Source: Podarcis filfolensis
Lineage: Eukaryota
Assembly (NCBI GenBank): GCA_964270895.1
Contig: OZ185445.1
DNA: 64,000 nucleotides
Direction: 5' to 3' (one strand)
Within the stretch, counting starts at the first letter, position 1. Each line of letters opens with the position of its first letter. Position numbers and translations under genes: made by a program. This document shows, piece after piece, positions 1-12,586 of the stretch. The notes beneath the pieces were generated by a model. That model searched no databases and was not told where the DNA came from. It was given only the letters and a program-made list of their open reading frames with translations.

Positions 1-290
1 CGGGTGCCAGGATGACACCTGGCATCTCCACCATCTAGGGGTGCATGCCTGGGGATCCTTGGATCTTGCCTGATTTTGGACAGTAGAAACACAGCCTGTA
101 GAATTTTATCTGTTATATTTTATCTGCACAATCAGAATGAATTTCAGGAACCAAAAAGTCGTATTAAAAAATACGACTTTTGAGCTGCCTGGCCCCAAAA
201 TGGCAACTAGGCATTTTGTTTTGGCAACTTTAACTCTGGTTGAAGGAGCCATTTGGCACCTAGCTTCTATATCATGAGTTTCTAACAATG
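1..290. mobile_element. hAT-type non-autonomous element, copy 1 (truncated by window start)
   Basis: Closely similar to about 12300-12586; ends in degenerate TIR gagtttctaacaatg; internal 12-bp perfect hairpin at 154-181. Confidence 0.7.
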
Positions 291-775
291 GGGGCAGGGT
301 CTTCCAAGCAGTTGCATAAAAAAACCTGACCATCTAGTCATATGCCATTTTCTGTTAACACGGGGGTGGAATACATTTTGAAATTCTATTGTGAAAAATG
401 CTAGTTTCCTTTGGTAGAGGGAGCAGACAAAATGGTCTGTACTTTAGGGAAGAACAACAACAACAAAATAATAACGACAGTAGCATAATAAAGCATTTCA
501 GCTGTTAAACCTGCTTGTGGATAATTGAGATTCTCCAACCTAGACAATTGCTGGGCAGGTGGCTGTTCCAGTACTGTTTGATCAGATACATACATTATAT
601 ATTTTGTTCCACCCTTTATTCAAATAACTCAAGAGTAGTGACAGAATTTTCCCCCATTGTATCTTCTATCTTTTTATCTGTACCTGTAGAGAAGTAGTAG
701 CTAGTGTGGGTCAGATCCAGTCCCTACAAACCTTTATTGGGCTCAAGAAGGTCCTGAGAAATTTGAATCAATATA

Positions 776-1017
776 CAGTGGTGCCTCAGGTTACATACGC
801 TTCAGGTTACATACGCTTCAGGTTACGGACTCCGCTAACCCAGAAATCATGCTTCAGGTTAAGAACTTTGCTTCAGGATGAGAACAGAAATCGTGCTCCG
901 GTGGCGCGGCGGCAGCAGGAGGCCCCATTAGCTAAAGTGGTGCTTCAGGTTAAGAACAATTTCAGGTTAAGAACGGACCTCCGGAACGAATTAAGTACTT
1001 AACCCGAGGTACCACTG
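776..1017 (-). mobile_element. Tc1/mariner-pogo (Tigger-like) MITE, family A copy 1
   Basis: TIR cagtggt(g/a)cctc(a/g)ggtta at both ends; TA target duplication at 774-775 and 1018-1019; homologous to three other copies in the window. Confidence 0.9.
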
Positions 1018-2928
1018 TATCTTTAAATTAGCTCATTTTCATGTATAAGGATGAGATTGTGTATATTTCCTAATACATTTTAGTGGAAGGGGACCTTTTT
1101 ATTTTCACAAACTTTATAAAGAGTCCACTCATTTGATTTTACTCTTGCTTTTACTCTGATTATTCAGTAGCTTGGTATTTTCTAGTGTGTTATATATTTA
1201 TTTCAAAATGCCTCAGGCATTATTGAATTGAAGGGCGGTGTATTCTTAGTTGCAATAACCACATTTCTCATGTTAACATAGTTTGTTGTAATATATTGTG
1301 CATTAAAAAATCAAGCAGGGTTACGACAGATTAAAACCATACACTTTCCCCCAGGCATTTGTTTAATTGTGATGAGTTATCGTCACCCATATATGGCTGA
1401 TGTTTTGCTGTTGTTGATGCAATTCTTGAGGTTACTGTTTTTATTAATGTAGGCTGGGGGTCCATTTTTTGCACCAAATGCTGCATTTCCTAGTGAGCAA
1501 CCTTCTGGGGACCAAGTGATAAGTGATGTGTACAATGGGCTGCAACCCACCCCTACAAAAGCCCCAGATTTCTGCAACATTTCCTCACGCCTTGCAAAAT
1601 AAAAATGAATTATTATGAAAATAAAAAATATATAGGCGGTGTGTGCGTGTGCCAAATATCCTTACTCAGGGTGCCATATTACTAAAATCTACCCCTGTGG
1701 TTATATTCCAGCCAGGCAACAGTACTGGAGGACGTTGTAGAGTGGGGCCAGCAAGGAACACGGTGTGGGGTGCATATGGAGGCCTAGCGTCAGGAAGGCG
1801 AACTGGACCTGGCCAGCAGGCCTGATCTTTATCTTCTACATACACGGATCCTCCTTCCCCTCAGGACTGCCCACCTGTAACTCACGTAACATGACAATGA
1901 TGTTGGATTACCCAGTTTTGCCTACGTGCTTGGAAGTCAAACTGTATAGGCAATGGCATTCCATTTTACAAACCGTGATGAGCAACTGATTGTCAGGGCT
2001 TGCAAAGTACTGTGCAAGGGGCTTTGGGGGTGCTTGCAAAACCCCTTTTGGCCTGGCCATGTCTTTATCAGCCTCACACCTGACATCATGCACGGCATTG
2101 GTTGAAGGGCAGTTGAGTGTGGTTTGGCCAAAAGGTTCTGGACAGAAGTGTGCTGGCTTAGAGATTCTTCACCTCTGGCCTAATGTGAAGAAGTGCCTGA
2201 AAATTGCATTTGAGCAGGCATTTGGGACTTGCTGACAGTTAGTTGGCTTCAGGAGGAATGTAACTTTTACCTCATGGCTGTAATTAAAAGTAGGGTCATG
2301 ATCTTAACATTCATAGTTTGCATTTGATGAATGTTTAAAGAGATCTTTCATGTAAATAGAGTAATTTCTTCCCAGTACTAAAGTGAATAATTTCACTTGT
2401 GTTCTATTCTTAATAACAATGGGCATGTATGGGCGAATGCTGTTTTGAATGCTTACTTCCATACTGGAGGTGCCAAATCTGTTAGAGCAACTTCAAAGCT
2501 CAGTCCTGGAAACTGCTGGAGATGGAAAGAAAGACAGGGCACATACATTATGCTTGCATTCCTACTGAGTAAAATTGAGAATTGGCACTTTGGCTTACTT
2601 TTAACTATGTGCAACAGGGCATAGAATGCCTGCCAGATACAGCATATGCAGATTATACTGACTTTGTGGGTATTAATAGAGAAAAGTTGAGATAAGGTTT
2701 TGCCTGAAGCCTTCTTCCTGCTGTTTCTGAAATTCACTCCAAGAAAATTCACTCCAAATGTCAGAAAACACTTCTGGGTTGATACCAATGCTATGCAGCA
2801 ATGTTGCTTCTTTATTCAAATATCCTTAGCTGCTTAGAAAATATCTGAGACTAGTTAGTACTGTTGCCTCTGCAGCAGTTTACTTATTTTAGTAAAATTG
2901 AAGTGGATATATCTGCGCATTTGTTCTT

Positions 2929-3722
2929 AGAATCATAAAATCATCAAATGGTAGAATTTAGAGTTGGAAGGGACTCTGAGGCTCACCTGGTCCAAATCCC
3001 TGCAATGCAGGAATCTCAACTAGATCATACATGACAGATGGCCATCCAACCTCTGTTTGAAAACTTCCAAGAAAGGAGAGTCCACCACCTCTTATGGGAG
3101 TCTGTTCCACTGCCAAACAGTTCTTACTGTCAGAAAGTTCTTCCTGATGTTTAGTCGGAATCTCCTTTCTTGTAACTTGAATTCATTGGTTTAAGTCCTA
3201 GCCTCCAGAGCAGGAGAAAATAAGCTCGCTCCATTCTCCATGTGATAGCTCTTAAGATATTTGAAGTTGGCTTTCATATCTTCTCTCAGTCGCCTCTGTA
3301 CTAGGCTAAGCATACCAAATTTCCTCAACTGCTCCTCATAAGGCTTGGTTTCTAGACCTTTATCATCTTGGTCTCCTTCCTTTGCACACATTCTAGCATG
3401 TCAATATTCTTCTTAGATTGTGGTGCCCAGAACTGGACGTAGTACTCCAGGTGAGGTCTGACCAAAGCCAAATAGACTGAGACTGGGACTTCCCTGATTT
3501 GAACACTATACTTCTGTTGATGCAACTTAGAATAGCGTTAGCTTTTTTTTGTTGCTACTGCATCACACTATCACACTCATGTTAAGCTTGTAGTCTACTA
3601 AGACCCCTAGATCCTTTTCACACCTACTACTGGCAAGCCAGCTGCCCTCCATCTTATATTTGTGCAGCTGGTTCTTCCTGCCTGTCCCTGTTGAAATTCA
3701 TTTTGTTAGTTTTGGCCAGTTC
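2929..3722 (-). mobile_element. CR1 LINE 3' fragment
   Basis: Minus-strand ORF 3191-3391 ([28 protein letters not shown]...FKYLK) matches the CR1 ORF2 C-terminus; typical CR1 3' UTR ending near 2929. Confidence 0.9.
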
Positions 3723-6700
3723 TGCACCTATACTTGAATAACCTGATTTGCAGTTTCCATTTTAAAAGAAACAGAAATATAAACAGCATCGCAACAAGAG
3801 TTGAGAATATGCTCAGATGTCCTTAGAGGTTCTGCCCTAGAATTTATCCCGGGACATTTAAGGAACACGTAGTACAGTCTGCACCTCATCTTCGGTGATA
3901 ATCCAGTTACACTTCTATTTCTGGATTGTGTTACGAGCAAGTTGGTACCTCATTAAAGAGGTGCAACTTCCTCACAGTATATTACTTGTGCTGCTTGAAC
4001 AGACACTTGAGCAGCACTGTCCCCTGCAATCTTGCTATTATCAAACTCTAGTAGGTGCCCTCTAGAGCTAAGTTCTCAGTCTTCAGATATATAACCCTCT
4101 TAGAAAAATACTCTCCAGCTGTGGCAGGTTTACAGGCGCAACACAGTCCAAATAAACAAAAATAAAGCACAGATAAACATTCTAGGTCCAAAATGTGAGC
4201 CATAGACAAGGTCAGGCAACAGAGGTTAGTCAATGTGACCTAGGAAGTTCTGTTTAGATACTGCACAGCAAGGAGGAGGAGGCCCTAGCACCAGGAGCCA
4301 GAAACTGGTATGGTTTCCACCAACTGAAAGTTCAAGAAGGATACCTTATACTCTGGCCTTGTAGACCATCCCTTGACCCAGCTGCTGGTAGTGAAAATGT
4401 TTCAGATTCCTTACTCATCAGGTGATCTCTTACTCATGAGCTGTGCAACTACTCTGGATCCATCGATGCATGCTATGTTGTTGCTCTTTAGCATTGACCT
4501 TGGGGACAGGGTGGCTCTACCTGCTCCTCTGACAGCTCCAAGGGTTCTTCACCAGACCTCTCCCTAGAGGGCTCTTGAAGGGGATCCTCAGCATGGGTTC
4601 CTTGCTTTCTCCTCAAAGTCCTTGACCTCTGCGGTAACTGTTTCATCCTCTGATGACTCCTTGTCTGGTCCCAGGTTAGAGCTAGGCAAGACACCTGCTT
4701 GAAATTGCAGATTTGGATAAGTAAATTCTACCTTAGTATAATGCTGTTTGGACCTGAGTATATGATTTTGGGGGGGAGGACTTTCATGAATTTTGGATAT
4801 TGGAGGCTTCTAGAGAACCATGTTGTTGTTCTAGGCTGGTAGTGTTGAGGGGCGAAACTGTCTGCATGCATTTTGAAAGGCTGAAATAAAGCTTGTGAAT
4901 TACAATGTCTTAAAGAGTTTGTAAGTTGTAAAATAAATGGTAACTTTGCCCGCCTTTTAAAGCTTGGGATAAAGACAATGCTGTAAGACTGGTAACATTT
5001 TACACAGGTCTATGTTAGTGTAAGCTGCCTTGAGAAGCCTATATAGTCTTGAAGGCACTATAGGAAAATAGATGGAATAAATACATGTTTTAAGGGACTT
5101 GCATATGATACAGCAGCTTCCTAAACCTTTGGCCAATAGCTCGTTCAGCAAGTACTTTTTGTCACAAGTGTTTTATACTTGTTGGCTTTCTTGGTCTAGT
5201 GGTTGTAGCACTTAGTGTTCTTAGGAATACCTATTTGGCTGCATAGAGGGTAGAAAAATAAAGTCTTGTATACTCTGTTTTGTGTAGCATGCTAATTAAT
5301 TATATGCAATTTTTAAAAGAGTGAGTCATAAGTTAATTCATATCTCTGTACCAAACCAATGTATTTGCTCTTACTTATGAAAAGCATGCATATTCATCTT
5401 TCCAGTTGCCTACCAAAACAGGAATATATAATTTTCCCAATTAAAGTTAATTGCACAATACTGAAAACTCATTAATTTCTATCTATGGTAATACGTATTG
5501 TTAATTTATATCAGAGAATCATAAAACAAGCTGGGCTGGGGAAAAGTGTGCGCATACACATGCTTGAGCACACAACTCTTTCTTTATTCTGGTTTATGCA
5601 TTTGGGACTATTAATGCAATAACAATACTGTCACTGCTTGCCAACCTGTCTTCTAATAGCATGTGATTAGCATTTAGTTTTTAGATTAGCTCATACGTAA
5701 AGCTAGAACTTTTATTCTTTGTTCTTGCGTCAAAGCATTATCTATGTGCTCCTTGGAAGGTACTGTTCTTTAAGAATGAAGCTGCTTTATTTATATTTGA
5801 GGACTTAATAAGAACAGCTTGTTACTTTTGAGGACTTAGAATATTCATTTGCAGGTTATCATTTATGGCCACTTCTGGTCTGAAATTCATAATGTTGGAA
5901 GGATCCATGCCCATGTTTATGTGCAACTAGGGATTATTTGCATGTTAGCTTTATGAAACACTGTAATCAACCACCCCTTCCCCTCCACATTCCCCTCTAA
6001 AAGAAAGGAGCAAGCACTTTTTGCTGGTGACCTATGACTGGACATCACGTCCAAGTGCAAGTTCTCTCATCTCTCATCTAGATTGGTGTTTGCAAGCAAA
6101 TTGCCCAGCCACTGCTTCAGTTGGTCTCTCACCCTGCAATGGAGCAGTTCATTTTCGATCTGTTGTCTCCAAAGCTGCTTTTGCCCAAGGCAAGTAAGAG
6201 GACACCTCTTTGCAGTAGATTGTGAGAAGCTGTCATAATGTGCATCCCAGTCATTTGGATCCGTAACAAAACCTGCAGCGCAATGTTTGAAAGACATTGG
6301 TCACCAAATGGCAATAGTCTCAGTAATTCTGACTGGGGTAGTCAATGGGGTGTTTTCTGTTTGTATAATTTTGACCATTGGTATAGTATTAAAGATCACT
6401 TCTCTGTGTGGTTTAGTTGCTTTAATGTTTTATAGTTTAGTGGAAATTATAGCCGTTTTTCATTATCAAACAGAGTTTGACATCAAGAAGTTAAAGGAAG
6501 AGAAGACACACTTTGATCTGTAGCTTTTATCAGTACCAAAGGGTCAACTTAAAACTAACATGAGCATGCAGATGACAGCTAGTTTTCCTATCAGTGCAAA
6601 GTATATACGTATATCAGAAGCAACTGGAATGAAATACACATATTCCAAAAAACACCAATTTCCTTTCTCCCAAATGTTGCCTTATTCTGTTGAAGGTTTA

Positions 6701-7149
6701 ACATTCAAAATCTAACCAACCAGTTGTCAATAAGCCTGTTCTTGCATATCCCTTAAGGTTCAAAATAATAAAACAATGACCATGACAATTGTAGCACCTT
6801 CTGATTTTACACTTCTCCACAAAGAGTTGTTGAGATATGATTTTGGGTGACTTATGATTGCTATTGAAATGGATAGATTCTTTAAAAAAAATCATTCCCT
6901 TCGTTAGTTTGATGTAATCTTTCCACTTAAAATTCTTTTGGGAGAAAGAAAAAGTAGCTAATTATCGGTAATATATATAGAGAGAGCTGCTTATTACAGT
7001 AACTATTGTAGTCAATTTATAGAGAGCATAATTGATCCAATTAAACAGCCGTGCTACTGACTTGTGGCTGAAGTTATGGAATGCTGCTGCAGCAGCTATA
7101 GAGTTGGAACTAAATAGGTACTTAGAGTCTCTGACTACTACACAGTTTT

Positions 7150-7490
7150 ATTTCTATGGTACCTTTCTATAGTTTAAACCATGCTCAAGGCATTTTTCAA
7201 CATGGAAAAAATACATAATTACAACGTAACAAAAGTAGTCATAATAAATAAAACATCAAAAAGTACACAACAAATATAAAACTGAAGATCGAAAATAAAG
7301 ATACAAAAAATAACATCAACAGCAGCAGCAAATGCATGCCCCCCCACTGCCCCCCAATACCCCAGCCCAAGCGTTTGTTCAGCAGCCTCAGCTTTTGTAA
7401 CTGGAGTCAGGCAGGGACCTGCCCCCTCAGGTGGTGGGAAAAGCCTGCAAGGCAGAGAGCAGGTTTTCCAGGACTCACAGCCCAGATGGT
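7150..7490 (-). mobile_element. Degenerate L2-like LINE 3' fragment
   Basis: A-rich tail followed by sequence resembling the L2 3' end in reverse; recognised by resemblance only. Confidence 0.35.
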
Positions 7491-7798
7491 CATCTCTCTA
7501 TATAAGATTCTATTGTCTAACATCTTGCAAGATGAAAGAAAATGTACTCTTTGCTGGTCATGAAAAGGAATTTGTTTAATAAATAACATATGTGTTTGCA
7601 TCTGTTGTTCCTTCTGGTTAATGTATAATATATATTTAAGTTTCAAAAGCTTTGATAAATCCGTTGCTTACGTAAAATGACAGCAGTATTTGTATCAATG
7701 TAAAATGTTGGTCATGCAATAGTGGACAGTTTTTTTTACTCAAGGAAGAGGAATCCTCCATGACCACTGGCTAATTTTAGTGTTTCTAACACAGAACT

Positions 7799-8149
7799 GA
7801 TGCGGGTGGCGCTGTGGGTTAAACCACAGAGCCTAGGACTTGCCGATCAGAAGGTCGGCAGTTCGAATCCCCGCGACGGGGTGAGCTCCCGTTGCTCGGT
7901 CCCTGCTCCTGTCAACCTAGCAGTTTGAAAGCACATCAAAGTGCAAGTAGATAAATAGGTATCGCTCTGGCGGGAAGGTAAACGGTGATTCCGTGCGCTG
8001 CTCTGGTTCGCCAGAAACGGCTTAGTCATGCTGGCCACATGACCCAGAAGCTGTACGCCGGCTCCCTCAGCCAATAAAGCGAGATGAGCGCCGCAACCCC
8101 AGAGTCCACCACAACTGGACCTAATGGTCAGGGGTCCCTGTACCTTTAC
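7799..8149 (+). mobile_element. Sauria SINE, near full length
   Basis: tRNA-derived head with A box (ggcgctgtgggttaa) and B box (gttcgaatcc); characteristic body and tacctttacc tail; 13-bp TSD ctaacacagaact (7786-7798) / ctaacaaggaact (8150-8162). Confidence 0.92.
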
Positions 8150-11100
8150 CTAACAAGGAACTAACTTGCTGATTTTGTATTTTAGTTTAACTTTATCAAA
8201 TCTGAACTGATATATGAAGTCCTGGCAAGGTTGCAAATTTTAGGAATCATTATTGATCAAGTAATTGTGTGAGCTAGCTGAACAGTGGTGGCAGGGAGAG
8301 GAACTATACAAAGACCATTTTAAAAAATCTGTTAGTAGATGGAACTACTTATTCCATCTCTTTAATGATGAATCTGAGGCCTTTTCCTAAACTGGAAATT
8401 AAGTCTGGGAACAGATGGACAAGTTCATCCCACTTCTCAACTGTTCATTCAATATCTGACTTTTCATAAGTATGAGAGGCAGAGGAGGTATTATGAACCA
8501 GAAGACCAGTTCTGTCAGCTTTTGTGTGTTTCCATTTGTTACACATTTTTAATGAAGACTTATTTGTCTTGCCAGTCCAAAGTCTATAAAGATCTCTCTC
8601 TCATATACCCATAATGAACGCATCAATCATTCTCTTAGTCTTAACAGAAGATGCTCCATACTTTTGACCATCTTTTCCAAGCTTGCCACACCATATCCTA
8701 TATCTGTTCCAAAAAGTGTTGCATCTTTACCACTAATAAACTGCATTTCAGATAACCCAGCCTCCAGGTTGTGTTCCTGTTCATATATTCAGCCTTTATC
8801 TAATTCTGTCTTGGATGTGTATGTATTCCTTTTCCAGCCTCTCTCAAACTGCTTGCCAGATGGTTGGTATCCTTAAGCACAGTATCTGAGCAGTCACCAA
8901 GAGGTTAAACTGCAGAGCATCTACCGTATATGATAGGTATGCTGTTTGCAGTCAGACTGGGTGGTAAACTTTAGTTACTGTTTGCATGCATTTATACATG
9001 AGCAATCATAACACAGAGCAGTTTCGGCACCAGAGGAATGGTTCATAAAATAGTGTTTGGTTTTTTATGCTCTGAATATGACTTTGATTTGAAATCATGC
9101 TCCTGCATGTTAAAAATCAGCTGCAGAAGATACCTTTTCCAAAAGAACTGGGCATACCTGTGCATGTTTTCTTAAAGAAGACATGCTGGTATCTCCAGAT
9201 ATAATTCCCGAAATACTCTATGGCTCAAATCTTGGCATAACAAAGGAAGTCTCGACATAAGAAAAATCCTTTGTTGTGGTACATGACTGACAGGAGATCT
9301 TGTAGAAATTTTTGCTTCATAAATCTTACTATACAGGTTCCTCTTGATCATGTTACTATGTCATTTCACATTTCTCCCTCATTACCTTGAGCTTTGTCCT
9401 TTAAGTGATGTATTGCCATACAATACACAAGGCAACAGTTAGGTGGAAAGATAAATAATAATGTAGCAAATACAGTCTTTTGCATCCTAATTTACTAACA
9501 TGTGACCTCTGAATTAATGATAATAAAGCAAATGAATAACATTTTGCAGTCTGCTTTACAACGCACAACCTCTAAATGAGTTTTTCTTTTTCGTGTTGTT
9601 CACAAATCAGTGTCCAGTTCATTTTTATTTTTGAAGCCCTCCACATAGTAACAACTCCCCCTTCCCTTGTTTGCGTTCAAACAACAACACAGATTGGCCT
9701 AATAGAAAACGCAATTGAGGAACCCTTACAACATTTCTGCCCCCAACAGTATCATTATTTGGCTTGCATGTTACACAGAACTTGAAGATGTCAGGTGGAT
9801 ATCAGCAATGGATTTGGGCGATGACACTTGTTGTTGTTAAAAGTCACATCTGAATTAATAGATTCAGGATTCATTGAGCTCTCTCAAATTGGTGTCGCAT
9901 TCACTGCATTTCTGACAACCTTCATTTCCTACTTAGCAAATCGAAACCCAGTAGCCAGAGCCCTGGGAAGTTGTTAAAGCAATTAAAGGCTTCTGTCCCT
10001 CAGCACATTGCTTGGTTACCATGGTATCCTCTGCCTCCAAGCCTTTCCTGATGATGTCAGTATGCATAACAGGGGTTATTCACAGCATCTACGTGAAGAT
10101 GATTCACCCTTTCGGAAAAATCATAAGCCCTTTCCAAAACGCTCTTCTGCTTACTGTTGTGTGAAACATATAGGTGCAACAGGTAAGTGCTTTACTTTAT
10201 ATCAAATGACTTTAAAATCACAATGTGCTCTGAAGGAAAGGCCTTACCCTATCTTTCAAAAGCCTTGTACAAGCAAATAAAAAATAAGTAGGAGAGTAAG
10301 CCTAAAACAAAGGTCTGGGAAGTCCAGTGTGGCTTTTTTCCTTTCGGTAGAAAAATAAATGAGCATTCTCTGTATGAACTATTCACTTTAAGACAGCAGG
10401 TGTTGCCTTGAGTAATGTACTGTACTCCCTAAATCAAGGGCTTCAGCTTATATGAAAATGAAATATAACATCCCTTTCTATAGAATATATTGTGTATAAA
10501 TAAAAGTATATTATTATCCTAACTTCAAATGTACTTTGCTGATATTTACAGATGTGCAGAGTTCATTGTGGGAGGGGTGGGAAGCTGATGCAGCACAGCA
10601 GCCAAGAGGTATTAATTATGAGCCACAAGTCACTGGTTTAAATCTCAATTCAATTTCAGGGAAAGCTCTCTCGCTCAACCTTCTCTCATTGGCCTACTTT
10701 AGATGATGGTCATTTTACTGAAAATTATGTCTAAATTGTTTTTAGAACTTTGGGTGGTGGTGGAGGGATCATGGATGAAGACACACAAATATGACACAGT
10801 ACTGATGATTATATAGTGACAGTAAACGGTGGCTTCATATTTGTCTGTGGTTAATAAAAAAATTAGAATCTCAGAAAATTGCAGCAAGTTTATGAAGCAG
10901 ATTCAATCATATTCATTTTGAACTTAGTTGGAACTCTGTTTTTTCTCTCCCATTAAAGATGCTTACAGTAATTAGTATGTTTTGGCTAGAAAGAGAACAT
11001 TATCACAGTGACTGTTGAAGGATAAGTTGGTTATTATCTTGTAGATGTTTGGGTTCAGGGTAGAAATGTTCCGGGCCTACTAATACTCTTGCCATTTCAT

Positions 11101-12137
11101 GGTCGTCTTGATCACATTGTTTACCCTCTGTGTTTTTATATATCTGAAAATAATCCTTGGGGCATCTGAGCAAGTGGGCTCTAGTTTGTGAAAACTTATC
11201 CCCCAATAATGTTAAGTTGGACTTAAAGTGTCATAAGACTCTTTGTTTCAAAACTTTATATTTTGCCACAGCTCAAACGATGAAAGAAACTTGCTCAGAA
11301 AAAATAATATAATGTGACTAATATAATGCTAAAATCAGACATTTCCCCAGGTATTTTTAATACTGATTACCAAGGTTGTATCAATTAAATGATAAAGTCA
11401 GAAAGGGAAGCCTTTGCAGCTTATGCTTCAAATACTGTGGCTTTAACATTAGCTTCAGCGTTATTCATCTTTCAAAACAAAGCACACAGATGGGTTAGGG
11501 TTGCTTTTCATTCTAGAGCTTGTTAGCGTGGACATAGATTAAATCTTCGACTGCCTCATTAAAAATAAAAAAACCTTTCACAGCATCTGTCTTATTTCTA
11601 ATAGATTTATTACTAAGAGGGAGATGTTTAGTCTTTAAAATCAATTAAGGTTCCTCGCTCATCTGCCTACTGATTCTTTAGCTCTGTGGAAAAAGGTCTT
11701 TTTCAAATTATCTTTGAAAGACTTAAGGAACTGATTCTTAACCTACAACAGATTTTAAGCTTTAAATGTCACACAAATGCCAGGAAGTCTACACATACTG
11801 TAAGGGAGGTGGTTGCACACCAAATAAGTTGCTACATCAGTTCTTACATATGCATGTATTTAAGGTATTTGTGTAGTGCACTTCATACAAATAAATCTCA
11901 GGAAGTTTAAAAAATAAATAAAAAATACTTTATTTCTTAAACCATTCCCTGCTTGAAGTGTCAGTTTTCATCAGTTCTGCACATTATGTTGGCTATGTGT
12001 AAGTGTTCATAATGGTGACTGGCAGGGGTAGAGAATTAAATACGTAGGCATCAGAGCTGGCATGTAATACCAGGTGCTATGGGTAAAACTGAAAGAACTT
12101 ACATTTGTCAGCTTGTACACATATCCAATGTTAGTTA

Positions 12138-12210
12138 TACTTGGAGTAGACCCAATGAAATCAGCGGAGTTAAGTAACTTAAACTCATTTATTTCAATGG
12201 CTCTACTCTC
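12138..12210. repeat. Short palindromic squamate-type repeat; related degenerate hairpin repeats at about 42420-42505 and 48538-48627
   Basis: gagtagacccaatgaaat...atttcaatggctctactc inverted arms. Family assignment is by resemblance. Confidence 0.5.
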
Positions 12211-12223
12211 TGTGACATGTGAG

Positions 12224-12586
12224 CAGCGTTCAAAATTCACCAGGTGCCAGGCGCATTCTGCACCTGGCTATTGGCCATTTGTGACCAAGCAAAGATACCT
12301 GGGCATCAGGATAGCACCTCCACTATCTGGAGGTATTGGAGGTATGTGCTTGGAGATCCTTGGTTCTTGATTGTTTTCACACACTAGAAACACATACTGT
12401 AGAATTCTGTTATATTTTATCTGCACAGTCAGAATGAATTTCAGGAACCAAAACGTTGTATTGAAAAATACGACTTTTGAGCTGTCTGGCCTCAAAATGG
12501 CAACTAGGCATTTTGTTTTGGCAACTGTAACCCTGGTTGAAGGAGCCATTTGGCACCTAGCTTATATATCTGAGTTTCAAACACTA
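12224..12586. mobile_element. hAT-type non-autonomous element, copy 2 (complete)
   Basis: Imperfect TIR cagcgttcaaaattca / tgagtttcaaacacta; 8-bp TSD catgtgag (12216-12223) / catttgag (12587-12594). Confidence 0.82.

Noticed and set aside
4399-4421. Minus-strand CTGATGAG-taaggaatc-TGAAAC, resembling a hammerhead ribozyme core
   Set aside because: Stem II cannot pair beyond one G-U, and I found no stem I/III partners with a correctly placed UH for type I or type III topology. The motif arises from a local atgagtaag duplication.
6067-6297. Minus ORF with KHCAAGFVTDPNDWDAH, reminiscent of Gypsy/GIN1-type integrase (KHCA..PNxWDxH); GIN1 neighbours PAM in mammals
   Set aside because: No other integrase motifs in any frame on either side and no splice signals fitting an exon. 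Treated as chance; a TBLASTN against GIN1/Gypsy integrases would settle it.
7799-7875. tRNA gene (A/B boxes, gttcgaatcc)
   Set aside because: It is the head of the Sauria SINE; no cloverleaf acceptor stem.
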